Made by a program: the position numbers and the translations under genes. Of a DNA stretch of 60,387 nt, positions 9,220-21,041 are shown piece after piece. The stretch covers positions 1 to 60,387 of the forward strand of contig CAZJOY010000001.1 of NCBI GenBank assembly GCA_964547705.1. The letters run 5' to 3'. The notes beneath the pieces were generated by a model, which was given only the letters and a program-made list of their open reading frames with translations, ran no database searches and was not told the DNA's origin. This stretch comes from an uncultured Methylobacter sp. (GTDB lineage: Bacteria; Pseudomonadota; Gammaproteobacteria; Methylococcales; Methylomonadaceae). Positions within the stretch are counted from its first letter, which is position 1. Each line of letters opens with the position of its first letter.

Positions 9220-9398
9220 GTTGGCTCCTTTCTATAAATTATTAAAAAAACTTTGTGCAAAAAGCCGAGTCAGAATCGAACTGCACTCGCCCAAATGCAC
9301 TTTAAGTAAATGCACTTGATCCATTACAGTCATACTAATACCGGTCATTTTGACCTCTTTTACGTTGGCTAAATCCGGTTTTTGCCAAGATGGAATAC

Positions 9399-9441
9399 AA
9401 TTTACCCTATTACTTCGTCGGCCGGTGTGATCGTACGCACA
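9399..9441 (-). promoter_or_regulatory. Putative class II CRP-dependent promoter of the S-layer operon
   Basis: TGTGA-tcgtac-GCACA at 9426-9441 (9/10 of TGTGA-N6-TCACA). Minus-strand TAAATT at 9404-9399 falls exactly at -12..-7 if the box is centred at -41.5 (predicted TSS ~9392). Confidence 0.65.
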
Positions 9442-9718
9442 ACTACTTAAATTTATATTTAAGCTTAAAGATCGGGATAACTTGAAGCCTATACTCCGTG
9501 CTTTTCGCCTGATCTACGTTGAATATCTCACCTGCGCTAATAAGGAATTATAACAATCCTAATTAATACCCTAATTCACCGCTTTGAATTCTATATCGAA
9601 TTCAAAAAAATGCAAATTATCATCACATTTTACCTTATTAATATTTACTATATTATTGTTTTTAATATCATAAGCATGAATCATATAGCGACATAATGAA
9701 GTTACTTTTAGTTAAGTA

Positions 9719-9851
9719 TACATCCATAGAAGACCAGCAAAATGTAAGCTGTCAAGTTGAAGCGAGAGAGCGAACATAAAACACACCAAGGCACCGACAC
9801 CGAAAGAACAATAGACCTTGCGGGACGCATCGCGTTAAACACCTGAATCCC
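9719..9851. repeat. Dispersed non-coding repeat, copy 1 (homologous to 33409-33494)
   Basis: Shared blocks tacatc.ata.aag, gcaaaatgtaagctg.caagtt, agaccttgc.ggacg and cctgaatccc in the same order and orientation. Confidence 0.7.
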
Positions 9852-9859
9852 GGACTAAT

Positions 9860-10002
9860 GAGCGGCATACCCTAGAGTACATGTTTGATAAGCTCAAGCA
9901 CTACTGCTGGACTGCTACACGACATGAGAAAAAGACTATTAATGCATGAGGCACCGTCGTTTTCCTCGACACGTTTATGACTGAGATCAAACGTCAACAC
10001 TA
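9860..10002 (+). mobile_element. Degraded 3' end of an IS5-family transposase and IS right end
   Basis: Translates as ERHTLEYMFDKLKHYCWTATRHEKKTINA*, matching the IS5/IS427-type C-terminal motif RxxxExxFxKLKxxRRIATRYxK. Ends in aaacgtcaacac abutting the OMP stop codon. Confidence 0.65.
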
Positions 10003-11235
10003 CCAAGCCATTCTCACTCCCAACCAGCTTTCCAACGCATCCGTTTCAAATAGGCCTATGTTGCTGCTTTGGTTTTGCCATTTGACACTAGCCACTCCTC
10101 GCCAATTATCACCAACCCACTCTAACGGCCAATCATAATCCAGACTTAGTGTTGTTCGATTGACATGCCGAGTGGCATTGTTATTCAGCCAGGGACTGTA
10201 GGCCTGCATGTCATAGCTTAACGCCAGATCAGCATGGGCTTTAAAGAAGCTATTTTGAAGTATTGCATCCGTAGCCCAAATACCCGTCACTTCCAGTTTG
10301 ACTCGTTGCTGATCGCCACCGGGTCGATGACTCGATGCCCAATCCCAGCCGGCGCTGATTGCAGCATTGTAGAAGCCAAACTCAGTATCACAGAGAGCGC
10401 CAGTCATAAGCCCGGCATAGCGGCTATCCAACAAGGGGTTTTCATGCTGTCTTTGCCATAATACATCTATCCCTACCTGAGGCTTGCAATAGAGACCTTT
10501 GCTTCCGGCATGGCGCAACATCATTTGAATAGTATAAAGATAGATATTATTGCCGTAACGCAAGGCATTTACCCCTAACGCCGCACCTGTTTCGGCACCG
10601 CCGTCGCCCTGCCTCATCAGCGACGTCAGCAGACTGCCCCCTTGATAATCTGCATAACCGGTATAACCCGTTTCTCGGTTGAAGAGTTCACCTCTCACTT
10701 GCCACTGCAATCCATTATCTGTTGTTCGCACAGCATTTCCTGCTAGCTGAGTTTCAATCCCAAACCCTGCCTGCTTTTGAAATTGCGGCAATAATTCTAG
10801 ATTTACAGTCTGGGATGGCAATGTTAACTGAATGGTTGAACGGGAAGGAGCCTGATTAAGGTTGCTGCTGTACCCTCCCCGCAACTGCAGGCCCGTATTA
10901 ATTTGCCATTGCTGCGAAGGAATATCTTGCAGGGAAGAGGGTACCTGTGAATTACCGTTATCCTGAGAGTCTATCCCTACCAGAGCCAAATTGTATTGCT
11001 CTACTGCACCATTGCTATCGGGATACTGCATCAATATCCGCTCCAACAGATCAGCTGCTTCTGTGTAGCGCTTCTTGGCATTAAGTGATGCCGCATAGCG
11101 TACGAGCCAATCGGGGTCTTGACTGCAAGCTTGAAGAAAGTCTTCACTTAACGCTTTGTCACAGGCCTTTGCCGCACTCATTGAGAGAAAACTACCAACC
11201 ACCACCGACGCTATGATTTCCCATCTAAAGCTCAC
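10000..11235 (-). CDS. TPR-containing outer-membrane beta-barrel (DUF560/Slam-like or NsrA-like)
   Basis: Signal peptide, TPR-like segment (KRYTEAADLLERILMQYPD), GGYSSNLNQAP barrel start, alternating beta-strands and C-terminal aromatic BAM signal WLGVRMAW. Confidence 0.7.
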   Translation of the reverse strand: MSFRWEIIASVVVGSFLSMSAAKACDKALSEDFLQACSQDPDWLVRYAASLNAKKRYTEAADLLERILMQYPDSNGAVEQYNLALVGIDSQDNGNSQVPSSLQDIPSQQWQINTGLQLRGGYSSNLNQAPSRSTIQLTLPSQTVNLELLPQFQKQAGFGIETQLAGNAVRTTDNGLQWQVRGELFNRETGYTGYADYQGGSLLTSLMRQGDGGAETGAALGVNALRYGNNIYLYTIQMMLRHAGSKGLYCKPQVGIDVLWQRQHENPLLDSRYAGLMTGALCDTEFGFYNAAISAGWDWASSHRPGGDQQRVKLEVTGIWATDAILQNSFFKAHADLALSYDMQAYSPWLNNNATRHVNRTTLSLDYDWPLEWVGDNWRGVASVKWQNQSSNIGLFETDALESWLGVRMAW

Positions 11236-11252
11236 TCGCTCTTTACCACCAA

Positions 11253-13129
11253 TTACACTCCCGGCACAAACAACTCAGTCGGCTGCTGCCTATCTTTTAG
11301 TAAAAAATTACCTAAGGATACCATGGAAGCAGCCTCTTTCCATGCTTTTACGACGTTTTCGCCACAAACTATGGGCTGCGAAAGCTCCCCCGTCATAGAC
11401 TGCAAGTGTATCGCTGTCGTAACAGTTCGTCCCAACAAAGCATGAGCTCGACGCCGAGCAGGACCAAACGACCCAACCAATACCGCGCCCCGCTCTATAC
11501 CAATACCTATTGCTAATGGAGGCAAAGTATTAATTCCGGTCTCAGCACCAAACAGATGCTCTGCAGTCATGACCATGCTTTTAGCAGCGTTGAGCGGCCG
11601 CAGGTCGCCTTGATTATTGCGCCACACACCCATCACTGCATCACCGACATACTCTTCTACGACTCCACCGTGCTGATGGATAATTTTATCCGCAAAAGTA
11701 TAAAAACTGTGCAGTAACGCCCCAGCCTCCTCCGCAGGCAACTGGTCACACCAGGCAGAAAAATTTCTTAAATCAGCATAAAGCACTATAACTTGCTCGT
11801 GGTGAGCATTGATTGTGCTACCTGGTTCTTGTTGAGCAATCTGCTTGGCTACATGGCTAGGCAGATAGCTGGAAAGGTTGCGGTATAACAACGCACCTTC
11901 GGCACGACTACTCAAATAACCTTGGGTTGTTGTCAAAGCCACTAAAGCCAATATAAAAAATGCAGATAACGCCCAAGGCAACCAGAGACTAGCAGCCCAA
12001 AGCAGAGTTGCATGCAGCCCCAGAGTCGCACCTATCAGCAGCAATCCAGTTAGTGCAGGCCCATAGACTCGTAATACCCCCCCTTGAAAACGAACTCCTA
12101 ATAACAATAAGGCCGATATCAACATCCAGCCAATCTGGAGTGTTATTGCTCCACGGGGCTGGTAGGGTATCCGTTCATCCAACAACGCCGTTAATAGCTG
12201 CGCATGAACTTCGACGCCGCTGACAGCCGCTGCTTGCGGCGTAGGAACAGTATCCCCAATACCGAAGGCGGTCGCGCCTAATAGCGCCCAAGCACCTTTC
12301 AAATAACCGGCCGGGACATTACCTTCCATGACGTCTTTAGCGGAAATAGAGATGATGTCTTTTCTCGACACCCACCACGGCAATAAAATATCACCGCGCT
12401 CGTTAATTGGCACAGAAAAACCGGGCAAACTCGGATGGCGTATTGTTGCTATCGGTCTCAGCCAGCCTGCTTCTGATACAACAGTAAATTCGGGCGCCAC
12501 TCCTGAACCTTCAGCAATAGCCGCTAGAGCCAAAGTTGGATAAGCATTACTCTGATAACAGATTATGGCCGGCAAATACCGTATGGCGCCATCCGGTGAA
12601 ATGCGCGGGGTAATATGTCCGGCGCTGGCTGCCTTGAGACCAGGCGCATTGCCTATCGCTCCGTTAGCCTCTGGAAATTGCCCCGGACATATCCCATCAG
12701 ATATAGCTCCTTGAAGTTGTCCTATATTGACCGACTCATCGGCATCTATAGCTAATACCTGTGCTAAGACAGTTGGAATAGCTAACAACTCCATTGCCAG
12801 CCGATCATCGCCTGACTTTGAATCAGGAAAGGCAATATCAACGATGCGCTGAACAACGCCTTGCTCTGCCAAACTTTTAAACAGGGCAGCCGTACGCTCA
12901 CGCGGCCACGGCCACGCGCCGTAGCGAGCAATACTAGCATCATCGATATTAATCACAACCACACGCCGTTCCCGGTTAACGGGGGCGCTCAGCAACTGCC
13001 ACAAACGGTCTCCCACAGCAGATTCAATACTGGAGATAGGCTCCGCCCAAAAGACACTGACAGCCAAGGATAGCGACGCTGCCAATAAAAATGGAGTTAG
13101 CCGGTTTTTGAGCAGCGGTTCGTCCATCA

Positions 13130-13133
<4 letters not shown>
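11253..13133 (-). CDS. CHASE2-domain membrane class III nucleotidyl cyclase-like protein with non-canonical active site
   Basis: CHASE2 motifs (VVVINIDDASI..YGAWPWPR; DGAIR; GVEVHAQ), three TM helices, cyclase motifs VLYADLRNFS, EEYVGDAVM and IGIGIERG. Confidence 0.9.
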
Positions 13134-14650
<1,517 letters not shown>

Positions 14651-14674
14651 GGGAGCAAACCTCGTCTGTTTTCT

Positions 14675-14717
14675 ATTATCACTTTATGCCATTTTTTACG
14701 CTGTGTTTGTAGTCACA
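14675..14717 (-). promoter_or_regulatory. Putative class II CRP-dependent promoter of the FecR-cyclase-OMP operon
   Basis: TGTGT-ttgtag-TCACA at 14702-14717 (9/10 consensus). Minus-strand GATAAT at 14680-14675 lies at -12..-7 for a -41.5-centred box. Confidence 0.65.
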
Positions 14718-15035
14718 ATTGCACGCCGATAAGCCTCTCTAATATATTGTAATTATAGTCTACTAGTGACAAACAGCCATCGCCCCTAATAGGTATTTCT
14801 CATAGCAGCAAAAAAACCAGATCCATTGAAATACAATTCATCTAACTCCAAATGGGTTATCTATCTATAAATCAAAATAGTGGCGATCAGTCTATGAGTG
14901 CCCTATAATAAAAATTCATGACCGCCCTAAGAATAAAATAGAGTGCGCTGGCTTAGTACCAATCCTAGCTACCACCCCTAAAACTCTTCCATATATAAAG
15001 GGATTCCTTGTTTCTGAGAAAAGATTTGCCCTCTC

Positions 15036-15725
15036 ATGCCGGTTGATCCACTGCTTCTTAAGCAATTTAATCTTTTCAAGCCGATTCCCGATGAGATTAT
15101 TCGCCCACTAAGTCAACACGCACAACTGGTAGAAGTGCCGCGACGCAAGGTTGTCATGGAAAAAAACCAATACGCACATTCTCTTGGGCTGTTGCTCGAC
15201 GGACGACTTCAGGGGGTCGATATTACGCTTGACGGACGGGAAGCCGGACTTTATTTTGTGGAACCGAATGATTTCTTCGGCGAGCTTGCCGTTGTGGATC
15301 AGCTGCCTACTCATGAATTTGTGATATCTTTGGCACCGTCGCGTTTTGTTACCGTACCGGCTAAAATCATTTTGCAGCTTATTAACGAAATCCCACAGGT
15401 AGCCGTGATGATCAACGCCCGGCTGGCCCGGCGCTTACGAGAGTCACTCGTACAACGAACCCTGCTAACCATGCCTTCCCCGCTACAACGCGTCTGCGCA
15501 CAGCTGATCCAATTAACCATCAAAACTCCCACCGGCGAACAAGTCATTTCACTCGCTCCGACCCACCAGGAAATTGCAATTATGATTAATGTCACGCGCG
15601 AAACCGTCACCCGCGTATTTCAAAAATTACAAACAAATGGTGTTATTGTGCGTAATGGCAACGCCTTGTATATCAATGATATTAACTACTTAAATCATAT
15701 CGCAAGCGGAGAGGCCACCGAATAA
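15036..15725 (+). CDS. Crp/Fnr-family transcriptional regulator
   Basis: cNMP-binding fold (FFGELAVVD) and HTH THQEIAIMINVTRETVTR carrying the CRP-type RETVxR recognition helix. Confidence 0.93.
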   Translation: MPVDPLLLKQFNLFKPIPDEIIRPLSQHAQLVEVPRRKVVMEKNQYAHSLGLLLDGRLQGVDITLDGREAGLYFVEPNDFFGELAVVDQLPTHEFVISLAPSRFVTVPAKIILQLINEIPQVAVMINARLARRLRESLVQRTLLTMPSPLQRVCAQLIQLTIKTPTGEQVISLAPTHQEIAIMINVTRETVTRVFQKLQTNGVIVRNGNALYINDINYLNHIASGEATE

Positions 15726-15867
15726 TTTAGCTTTACCGCACTGAAATGTTCCCTTATTCTTCAGCGCCCCATCCAGCAGACTACTTCTGGACGATCAGTA
15801 AATACACTTATCGCGCAGATAATTTTTATCTGCGATAATAAATTTTTAATATTTCCTCGATTCCACT

Positions 15868-16686
15868 TTGAAATCAACAATATCTTGTTTTTTAAACGTA
15901 TTTTTCAGCTTGCAGAAAAATCACTCTCTAATCCTGCAAATGGTCAAACGTGAAGTAATCGGTCGTTACCGCGGCTCATTCCTAGGCTTACTATGGTCGT
16001 TCGTCAATCCCGTTCTGATGCTGACGATTTACACTTTTGTTTTCGGTTTTGTATTTAAAGCACGATGGGGACAAGGAGACATCGACCAATTTGAATTTGC
16101 GTTGGTATTATTTACCGGACTAATCGTATTTAACCTGTTCTCCGAATGTATTTCACGCGCGCCGGGACTGATTCTGGCCAATGTCAATTATGTCAAAAAA
16201 GTCATTTTTCCTCTTGAAATTCTACCTTGGATAGCACTGGGCTCCGCCCTGTTTCATGCAGGCATCAGCCTGGGGGTATTGTTTATTTTTTTGGCAGCAC
16301 TTGGTCATGATTTTTCTTGGGCCATGCTGTGGCTGCCGGTCGTGCTGTTACCGTTTCTGTTGCTGATTATGGGCTTGTCGTGGCTCATCGCATCGGTCGG
16401 GGTTTTTATCCGTGATGCCGGGCAAGTTGTCGGCATGGCTCTGACTGTATTGATGTTCATGAGCCCTATCTTTTATCCGTTGAGCGCCCTGCCGGAATCC
16501 GTAAGCCATTATCTATTCCTGAATCCGCTCACTTTTATTGTTGAACAAGTTCGCAATATTTTAATATGGGGACAGCCGCCAAAGTGGAATGATTTGGCTA
16601 TTTACAGCGTCGTTTCCATTTCTGTCTCATGGCTTGGTTTACTCTGGTTTGAAAAAACCAGAAAGGGATTTGCCGATGTTCTTTAA
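15868..16686 (+). CDS. wzm: ABC-2 polysaccharide exporter permease
   Basis: RYRGSFLGLLWSFVNP, NVNYVKKVIFP, SPIFYP and LNP motifs; six TM segments. The TTG start is uncertain. Confidence 0.93.
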   Translation: MKSTISCFLNVFFSLQKNHSLILQMVKREVIGRYRGSFLGLLWSFVNPVLMLTIYTFVFGFVFKARWGQGDIDQFEFALVLFTGLIVFNLFSECISRAPGLILANVNYVKKVIFPLEILPWIALGSALFHAGISLGVLFIFLAALGHDFSWAMLWLPVVLLPFLLLIMGLSWLIASVGVFIRDAGQVVGMALTVLMFMSPIFYPLSALPESVSHYLFLNPLTFIVEQVRNILIWGQPPKWNDLAIYSVVSISVSWLGLLWFEKTRKGFADVL

Positions 16687-16780
16687 TCCTGATTCTCAAG
16701 ATATACCTGCATCCAGTACAGGCACGTATAAAATACTCTTAACCGACAAATTTGTTTTCGCTCAGTACAATAACTAAACG

Positions 16781-17011
16781 ATGAGAACCTCCGATCAAAC
16801 ACGGCAGATTATCCGAGATACTGTCCGAGAAGTATTTGGCCTTAAGGCCAACGTAAAACTTTTCGAATTAAGGATAAATGATGACGGACGGGGCGGCGAT
16901 ATTGATCTACTCGTTGAACGGCCGTCAATCATGACAAAAATTGAACGTAAAACCATGCAGCTTACCGCCAGACTTCAACCCCTCCCAAATCAAGTTAGAG
17001 AGATAGCATGA
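16781..17011 (+). pseudogene. Degenerate minimal nucleotidyltransferase (MNT antitoxin-like)
   Basis: MR..IIRDTVREVFG...LFELR....GGDIDLLVE. The GS of the LFGSR motif is replaced by EL, the C-terminus is short and no HEPN partner is adjacent. Confidence 0.65.
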
Positions 17012-19203
17012 AGCAAATTGAATTGTCACAAAAGGTGGTATCGGCAGATACGAATGCCGCTGCCATTCGTGTCAAGAATCTGAGCAAGTGTTATCAACTT
17101 TATGCTCAACCACATGATCGCTTAAAACAATTTTTATGGCTCGGCAGACGTCAGTATTATCGTGAATTCTGGGCTTTGCGCGACATCAGTTTTGATATCA
17201 TGCCCGGTGAGGTCCTGGGTATTGTCGGACGCAACGGCGCAGGCAAATCCACCCTATTGGAATTACTCTGCGGCACCCTGACGCCCACCTCCGGCAATGT
17301 TGAAGTCAACGGGCGCATCTCCGCTTTGCTGGAACTCGGCTCAGGATTTAATCCCGAATTCACAGGACGGGAAAATGTATATCTGTCCGCCTCCATTCTG
17401 GGTTTGTCCAAGCAGGAAATCGATGAGCGCTTTGAAGAAATCGTGGAGTTTTCCGGCATTCGCGATTTTCTCGATCAACCTGTCAAAACCTATTCCAGCG
17501 GCATGTACGTACGTCTGGCTTTTTCTGTAGCCACCAGCGTCAACCCAAATATTCTCGTGGTAGACGAAGCCTTGTCGGTGGGCGATGGTGAGTTTGCCCG
17601 CAAATCCTTCGAGCGTATCCGCGCAATGAAAGAAGCGGGAAAAACCATTTTGTTCTGTTCGCATTCTCTGTATCAAGTGGAAGCATTCTGTGACCGAGTG
17701 CTGTGGCTGAATCATGGCGAGCTGATGCAGTTGGGCGACCCCCAAGAAGTAGTACAGCGTTATGGCGCATTTTTGCTTGGCGGCACGGTAATCGAACCGG
17801 CCCCGACAGCATCGGCAAGTCCGCAAACCGCTCCTGCACCCCAAGGCCACGCCCGCATTAACCATATCGAAGTTAGCCTGGACGGCATCGCGGGACGAGT
17901 GCTGCGAGGACATTCGGGCAAAAACGAACTGTCGATCCGCCTGCAATTTGAATCCGATCCTCAACTGCCAGCCCCTACCGTAGGCGCAACCATCGATTAC
18001 GGCACCCTGATGACCGTGACCTGCGTTGTGAGCCATTCTGAAAACGTAGCCATCGAACGAAACGCGCATGGTGGAGGCGAAGTAACGATCGATTTCCCGG
18101 CACTGCCTCTACGCAAGGGGGAATATCATGTATCCGTTTATTTGGGCAGCGAAGATGCCGTGCATATTTACGACAACGTCCAGATCGCGGCCACTTTGTA
18201 TATCGAAGATCGCAGACCGGAGCCCGGCGTGGTGGACTTAGTGCATCGCTGGCACAGCTCAGCCAAAACCGGCACTTCCTCCGCACCCACCTTAGCGCCG
18301 AAAGAGGCCCAAGGGCAGTTGGTCCAGTTATTTACCGGGCGCCCATTCTGGGTGGATCGCGCCGACAGCTTGGGTATCGCCAAGGCGGGTATCTTCGAAC
18401 CCATCGAAACAACATTATCACAAGCACTGATACGTCCAGGAGACCGGGTACTCGATATTGGAGCCAATATCGGCTATTACACGACCCTGTTTGCCGATTG
18501 GGTAGGCCCATCGGGTATTGTGCATGCAATCGAGCCGGATCCCGATAATTTCGCGTTACTGGATGCGAATACCCAAGATTTCCAAAGAAGTGGCTGCGTG
18601 CGTTTACATGCGCTGGCGCTTAGCGAAACGACGGGCGCCGCCAACCTTTTTCGCAGCAAAGACAATATTGGCATGCACCGGCTCTACGATTCCATCTGCT
18701 GCGACGGTTCCTCCACGGAGGTAGCCGTTTGCCGTGGCGATGACCTTGCCTTGCCCCCTCTCGATTTCATCAAAATCGACATTGAAGGCTATGAAGCTCT
18801 TGCGTTGCGGGGATTGAGCAACACCTTGGACAATAGCCCGAACGTTAAAATTTTATCTGAATTTTCCCCTCTTTCGATGATCGAAGCCGGCGTTCAGCCT
18901 GTCGCATGGCTGGAATGGATGGAAGCCCGTGGCTTTGCCGCTATCGCCTATAACGGGACGGCATGGTCGCCTGTTGTACAGGACAACCTAAAACGCGAGC
19001 TGGGTTGCTTAACCAGACTCGATTTTGTTGAACTGGCCTCAAAATTAAGGACCAGTAATAACGCCTTAATCACCGATGCCGCGATAGAAGCGGCAGCGGC
19101 TTGCGGCTATCCCCGACCAATTCTTGAAAACCTGCTCTGGCTAAGGTCCCCAGCATTACAGACACTTACCGATAGCGGCCTAATCTTAAGTCCGGGCGCG
19201 TAA
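17008..19203 (+). CDS. wzt: ABC exporter ATPase with Wzt-C carbohydrate-binding domain fused to an FkbM-family methyltransferase
   Basis: GRNGAGKST, YSSGM and VVDEALSVGD; Wzt-C-like middle region; C-terminal VLDIGANIGYYT, AIEPDP and FIKIDIEGYE FkbM motifs. Confidence 0.92.
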   Translation: MKQIELSQKVVSADTNAAAIRVKNLSKCYQLYAQPHDRLKQFLWLGRRQYYREFWALRDISFDIMPGEVLGIVGRNGAGKSTLLELLCGTLTPTSGNVEVNGRISALLELGSGFNPEFTGRENVYLSASILGLSKQEIDERFEEIVEFSGIRDFLDQPVKTYSSGMYVRLAFSVATSVNPNILVVDEALSVGDGEFARKSFERIRAMKEAGKTILFCSHSLYQVEAFCDRVLWLNHGELMQLGDPQEVVQRYGAFLLGGTVIEPAPTASASPQTAPAPQGHARINHIEVSLDGIAGRVLRGHSGKNELSIRLQFESDPQLPAPTVGATIDYGTLMTVTCVVSHSENVAIERNAHGGGEVTIDFPALPLRKGEYHVSVYLGSEDAVHIYDNVQIAATLYIEDRRPEPGVVDLVHRWHSSAKTGTSSAPTLAPKEAQGQLVQLFTGRPFWVDRADSLGIAKAGIFEPIETTLSQALIRPGDRVLDIGANIGYYTTLFADWVGPSGIVHAIEPDPDNFALLDANTQDFQRSGCVRLHALALSETTGAANLFRSKDNIGMHRLYDSICCDGSSTEVAVCRGDDLALPPLDFIKIDIEGYEALALRGLSNTLDNSPNVKILSEFSPLSMIEAGVQPVAWLEWMEARGFAAIAYNGTAWSPVVQDNLKRELGCLTRLDFVELASKLRTSNNALITDAAIEAAAACGYPRPILENLLWLRSPALQTLTDSGLILSPGA

Positions 19204-19220
19204 CCCGATGGGGATAAATT

Positions 19221-20945
19221 ATGCCTCTGTATAAAAATTTTACATTTCCTTTGAATGTTTACTCCGATGTGCTGTGTAAAGACTATGGCACTGTCGAATA
19301 CTTGCACTACGGGCTATTCGACCAAGACGACGATGACATCAAAAGCGCGCAACAGCGCGCCACCGATTTGCTGATTTCTCATTTGCCTCTCAAGCCATGC
19401 AGAATTCTTGAAGTCGGTATAGGCTTAGGCACGATGCTAACCAAACTGCTAGAAGCGGGTTATGACGTTACCGGAATTACTCCTGATGAAAATCAAATCA
19501 ACTATGCCAAAAACGTTCACGGCCTCGGATTATCGATCCTCCACGAACGGTTAGAGAATTTTTCCGACACGCGAAAATTCGACCTGATTCTTTTCCAGGA
19601 AAGCGCTCAATATATTGATACTGTAAATATTTTCAAGCGCGCCTCGGCGTTACTGGATGACGGCGGCGAAATCATCATCATGGATGAAATCTCGCTACGT
19701 AAAACCCCGCCGTCAGAGCCGGGCCTTCCGTTGCTGAATGACTACATTTTATTAGGCAACTCGTTAGGTTTTGATGTCATCAAGCAACTCGATTTAAGCA
19801 GCCAAGCCTCACCGACCAATGCCTACATATTGGCTGCCGTTACACGGTATCGCCAGCACTTGGTTGATGATCTCGATTTATCCACAGAAGAAATCGACGG
19901 CCTGATCAATGCTACCCAGCTACATCTTGCCAAATACAACGATGGACGTTACGGGTACTGCTTGTTACATTTCAAGAAAAATCAGCCTAAATCAGCCGCA
20001 TGGATAAATGGCTTGGCCAATCCGGCAGACGAAGCCGAATTGTTGGACTTATTTCAATCGGCTTACGGTTACCGGATGCCGAGCGAGCTTTGGCACTGGA
20101 AATACCAAGATCTCGAAATACTAGGCACCATAGTACGGCACGAAGGCCGGCTCGCGGCTTTCTATGGCGGAATGCCCCGGGCCGTGCGCCTGTTCGGGTC
20201 TCCGGCAACAGCAGTGCAGGTCGGTGATGTAATGGTTCATCCCGAGGCTAGGGGAGCTCTGGCGCGCAAAGGTCCTTTCTTCCTGGCCGCCGCCAATTTT
20301 CTCGAACGCTTTGTCGGACAAGACAAAGCATTTCCAATAGCCTTTGGCTTTCCTTCGGAAAGAGCATACCGCTTGGCCGAACGTCTGGGCTTATACGAAA
20401 AGGTCGGCGAGCTGATGCGTATCTCCTGGTCTGCCCTGCAAGCCCGTCCGAGCTATAAAATTCGCATGCGCCCCCTGAGCCATGACCAGGGGGCGACCGT
20501 CGACCGCCTGTGGCATGAAATGGCCGCTGCGTTACAGGATCAAGTTGTCGGCGTGCGTGATTGGCAGTATCTACAACGCCGCTACCTGAAGCATCCGACC
20601 CGAACCTATCAGCTTTATCTGGTATCCTCCCGATTAACAAGAACACCTATCGGCGTCATCGTGGTCCACGTTTTGGATGATACAGTGGAACTGCTTGACA
20701 TCATATCCGCTCCTCAGCACGTAGCGACGTTGATACACTGTTTGCGAAGACTGGCTTGGCATCTAAACAAGCCTTTGGCTTATGCCTGGATCACCGCGCA
20801 AAATGCCAATCTATTGGCCGGCGATACCGGCGAGATTAGCCCGGCCGACATCGTTATTCCCCATAATCATTTGACGCCCGGACTGCCGGCATCTGAATTG
20901 CTTAATCGCTGGTGGCTGATGGGCGGAGACACGGATTTTCGCTAA
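19221..20945 (+). CDS. Class I SAM methyltransferase fused to a GNAT-family N-acyltransferase
   Basis: LHYGLF and ILEVGIGLG in the N-terminal half; LWHWKY, QVGDVMVHPEARG, FGFP and WWLMGGDTDF in the C-terminal half. Confidence 0.8.
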   Translation: MPLYKNFTFPLNVYSDVLCKDYGTVEYLHYGLFDQDDDDIKSAQQRATDLLISHLPLKPCRILEVGIGLGTMLTKLLEAGYDVTGITPDENQINYAKNVHGLGLSILHERLENFSDTRKFDLILFQESAQYIDTVNIFKRASALLDDGGEIIIMDEISLRKTPPSEPGLPLLNDYILLGNSLGFDVIKQLDLSSQASPTNAYILAAVTRYRQHLVDDLDLSTEEIDGLINATQLHLAKYNDGRYGYCLLHFKKNQPKSAAWINGLANPADEAELLDLFQSAYGYRMPSELWHWKYQDLEILGTIVRHEGRLAAFYGGMPRAVRLFGSPATAVQVGDVMVHPEARGALARKGPFFLAAANFLERFVGQDKAFPIAFGFPSERAYRLAERLGLYEKVGELMRISWSALQARPSYKIRMRPLSHDQGATVDRLWHEMAAALQDQVVGVRDWQYLQRRYLKHPTRTYQLYLVSSRLTRTPIGVIVVHVLDDTVELLDIISAPQHVATLIHCLRRLAWHLNKPLAYAWITAQNANLLAGDTGEISPADIVIPHNHLTPGLPASELLNRWWLMGGDTDFR

Positions 20946-21041
20946 CAATAAACAGCCATTTGTAACGGCTCTGAACCTGGGAATTAGCGAAAAAACCAGC
21001 AGCGTTCTGATATTGCACCACAAAATTAAAGGATTTAAATA

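Noticed and set aside
931..9319. Many short plus-strand ORFs over the S-layer genes
   Set aside because: Antisense shadows caused by biased Thr/Ala/Gly codon usage; 931..1218 also runs through REPs.
9340..9392. c-di-GMP-I riboswitch in the S-layer leader (GGCAAA followed by two hairpins)
   Set aside because: Lacks the GNRA-capped P2 and the GACGCAAAGC core. An Rfam scan would settle it.
9583..9627. Inverted repeat tttgaattc/gaattcaaa as a terminator, and the TCACA at 9623-9627 as a CRP site
   Set aside because: No U-tract follows the stem on either strand, and the CRP match is a half-site only.
15808..15838. Inverted repeat cgcagataa/ttatctgcg between crp and wzm
   Set aside because: Real, but a role as terminator or operator cannot be assigned from sequence.
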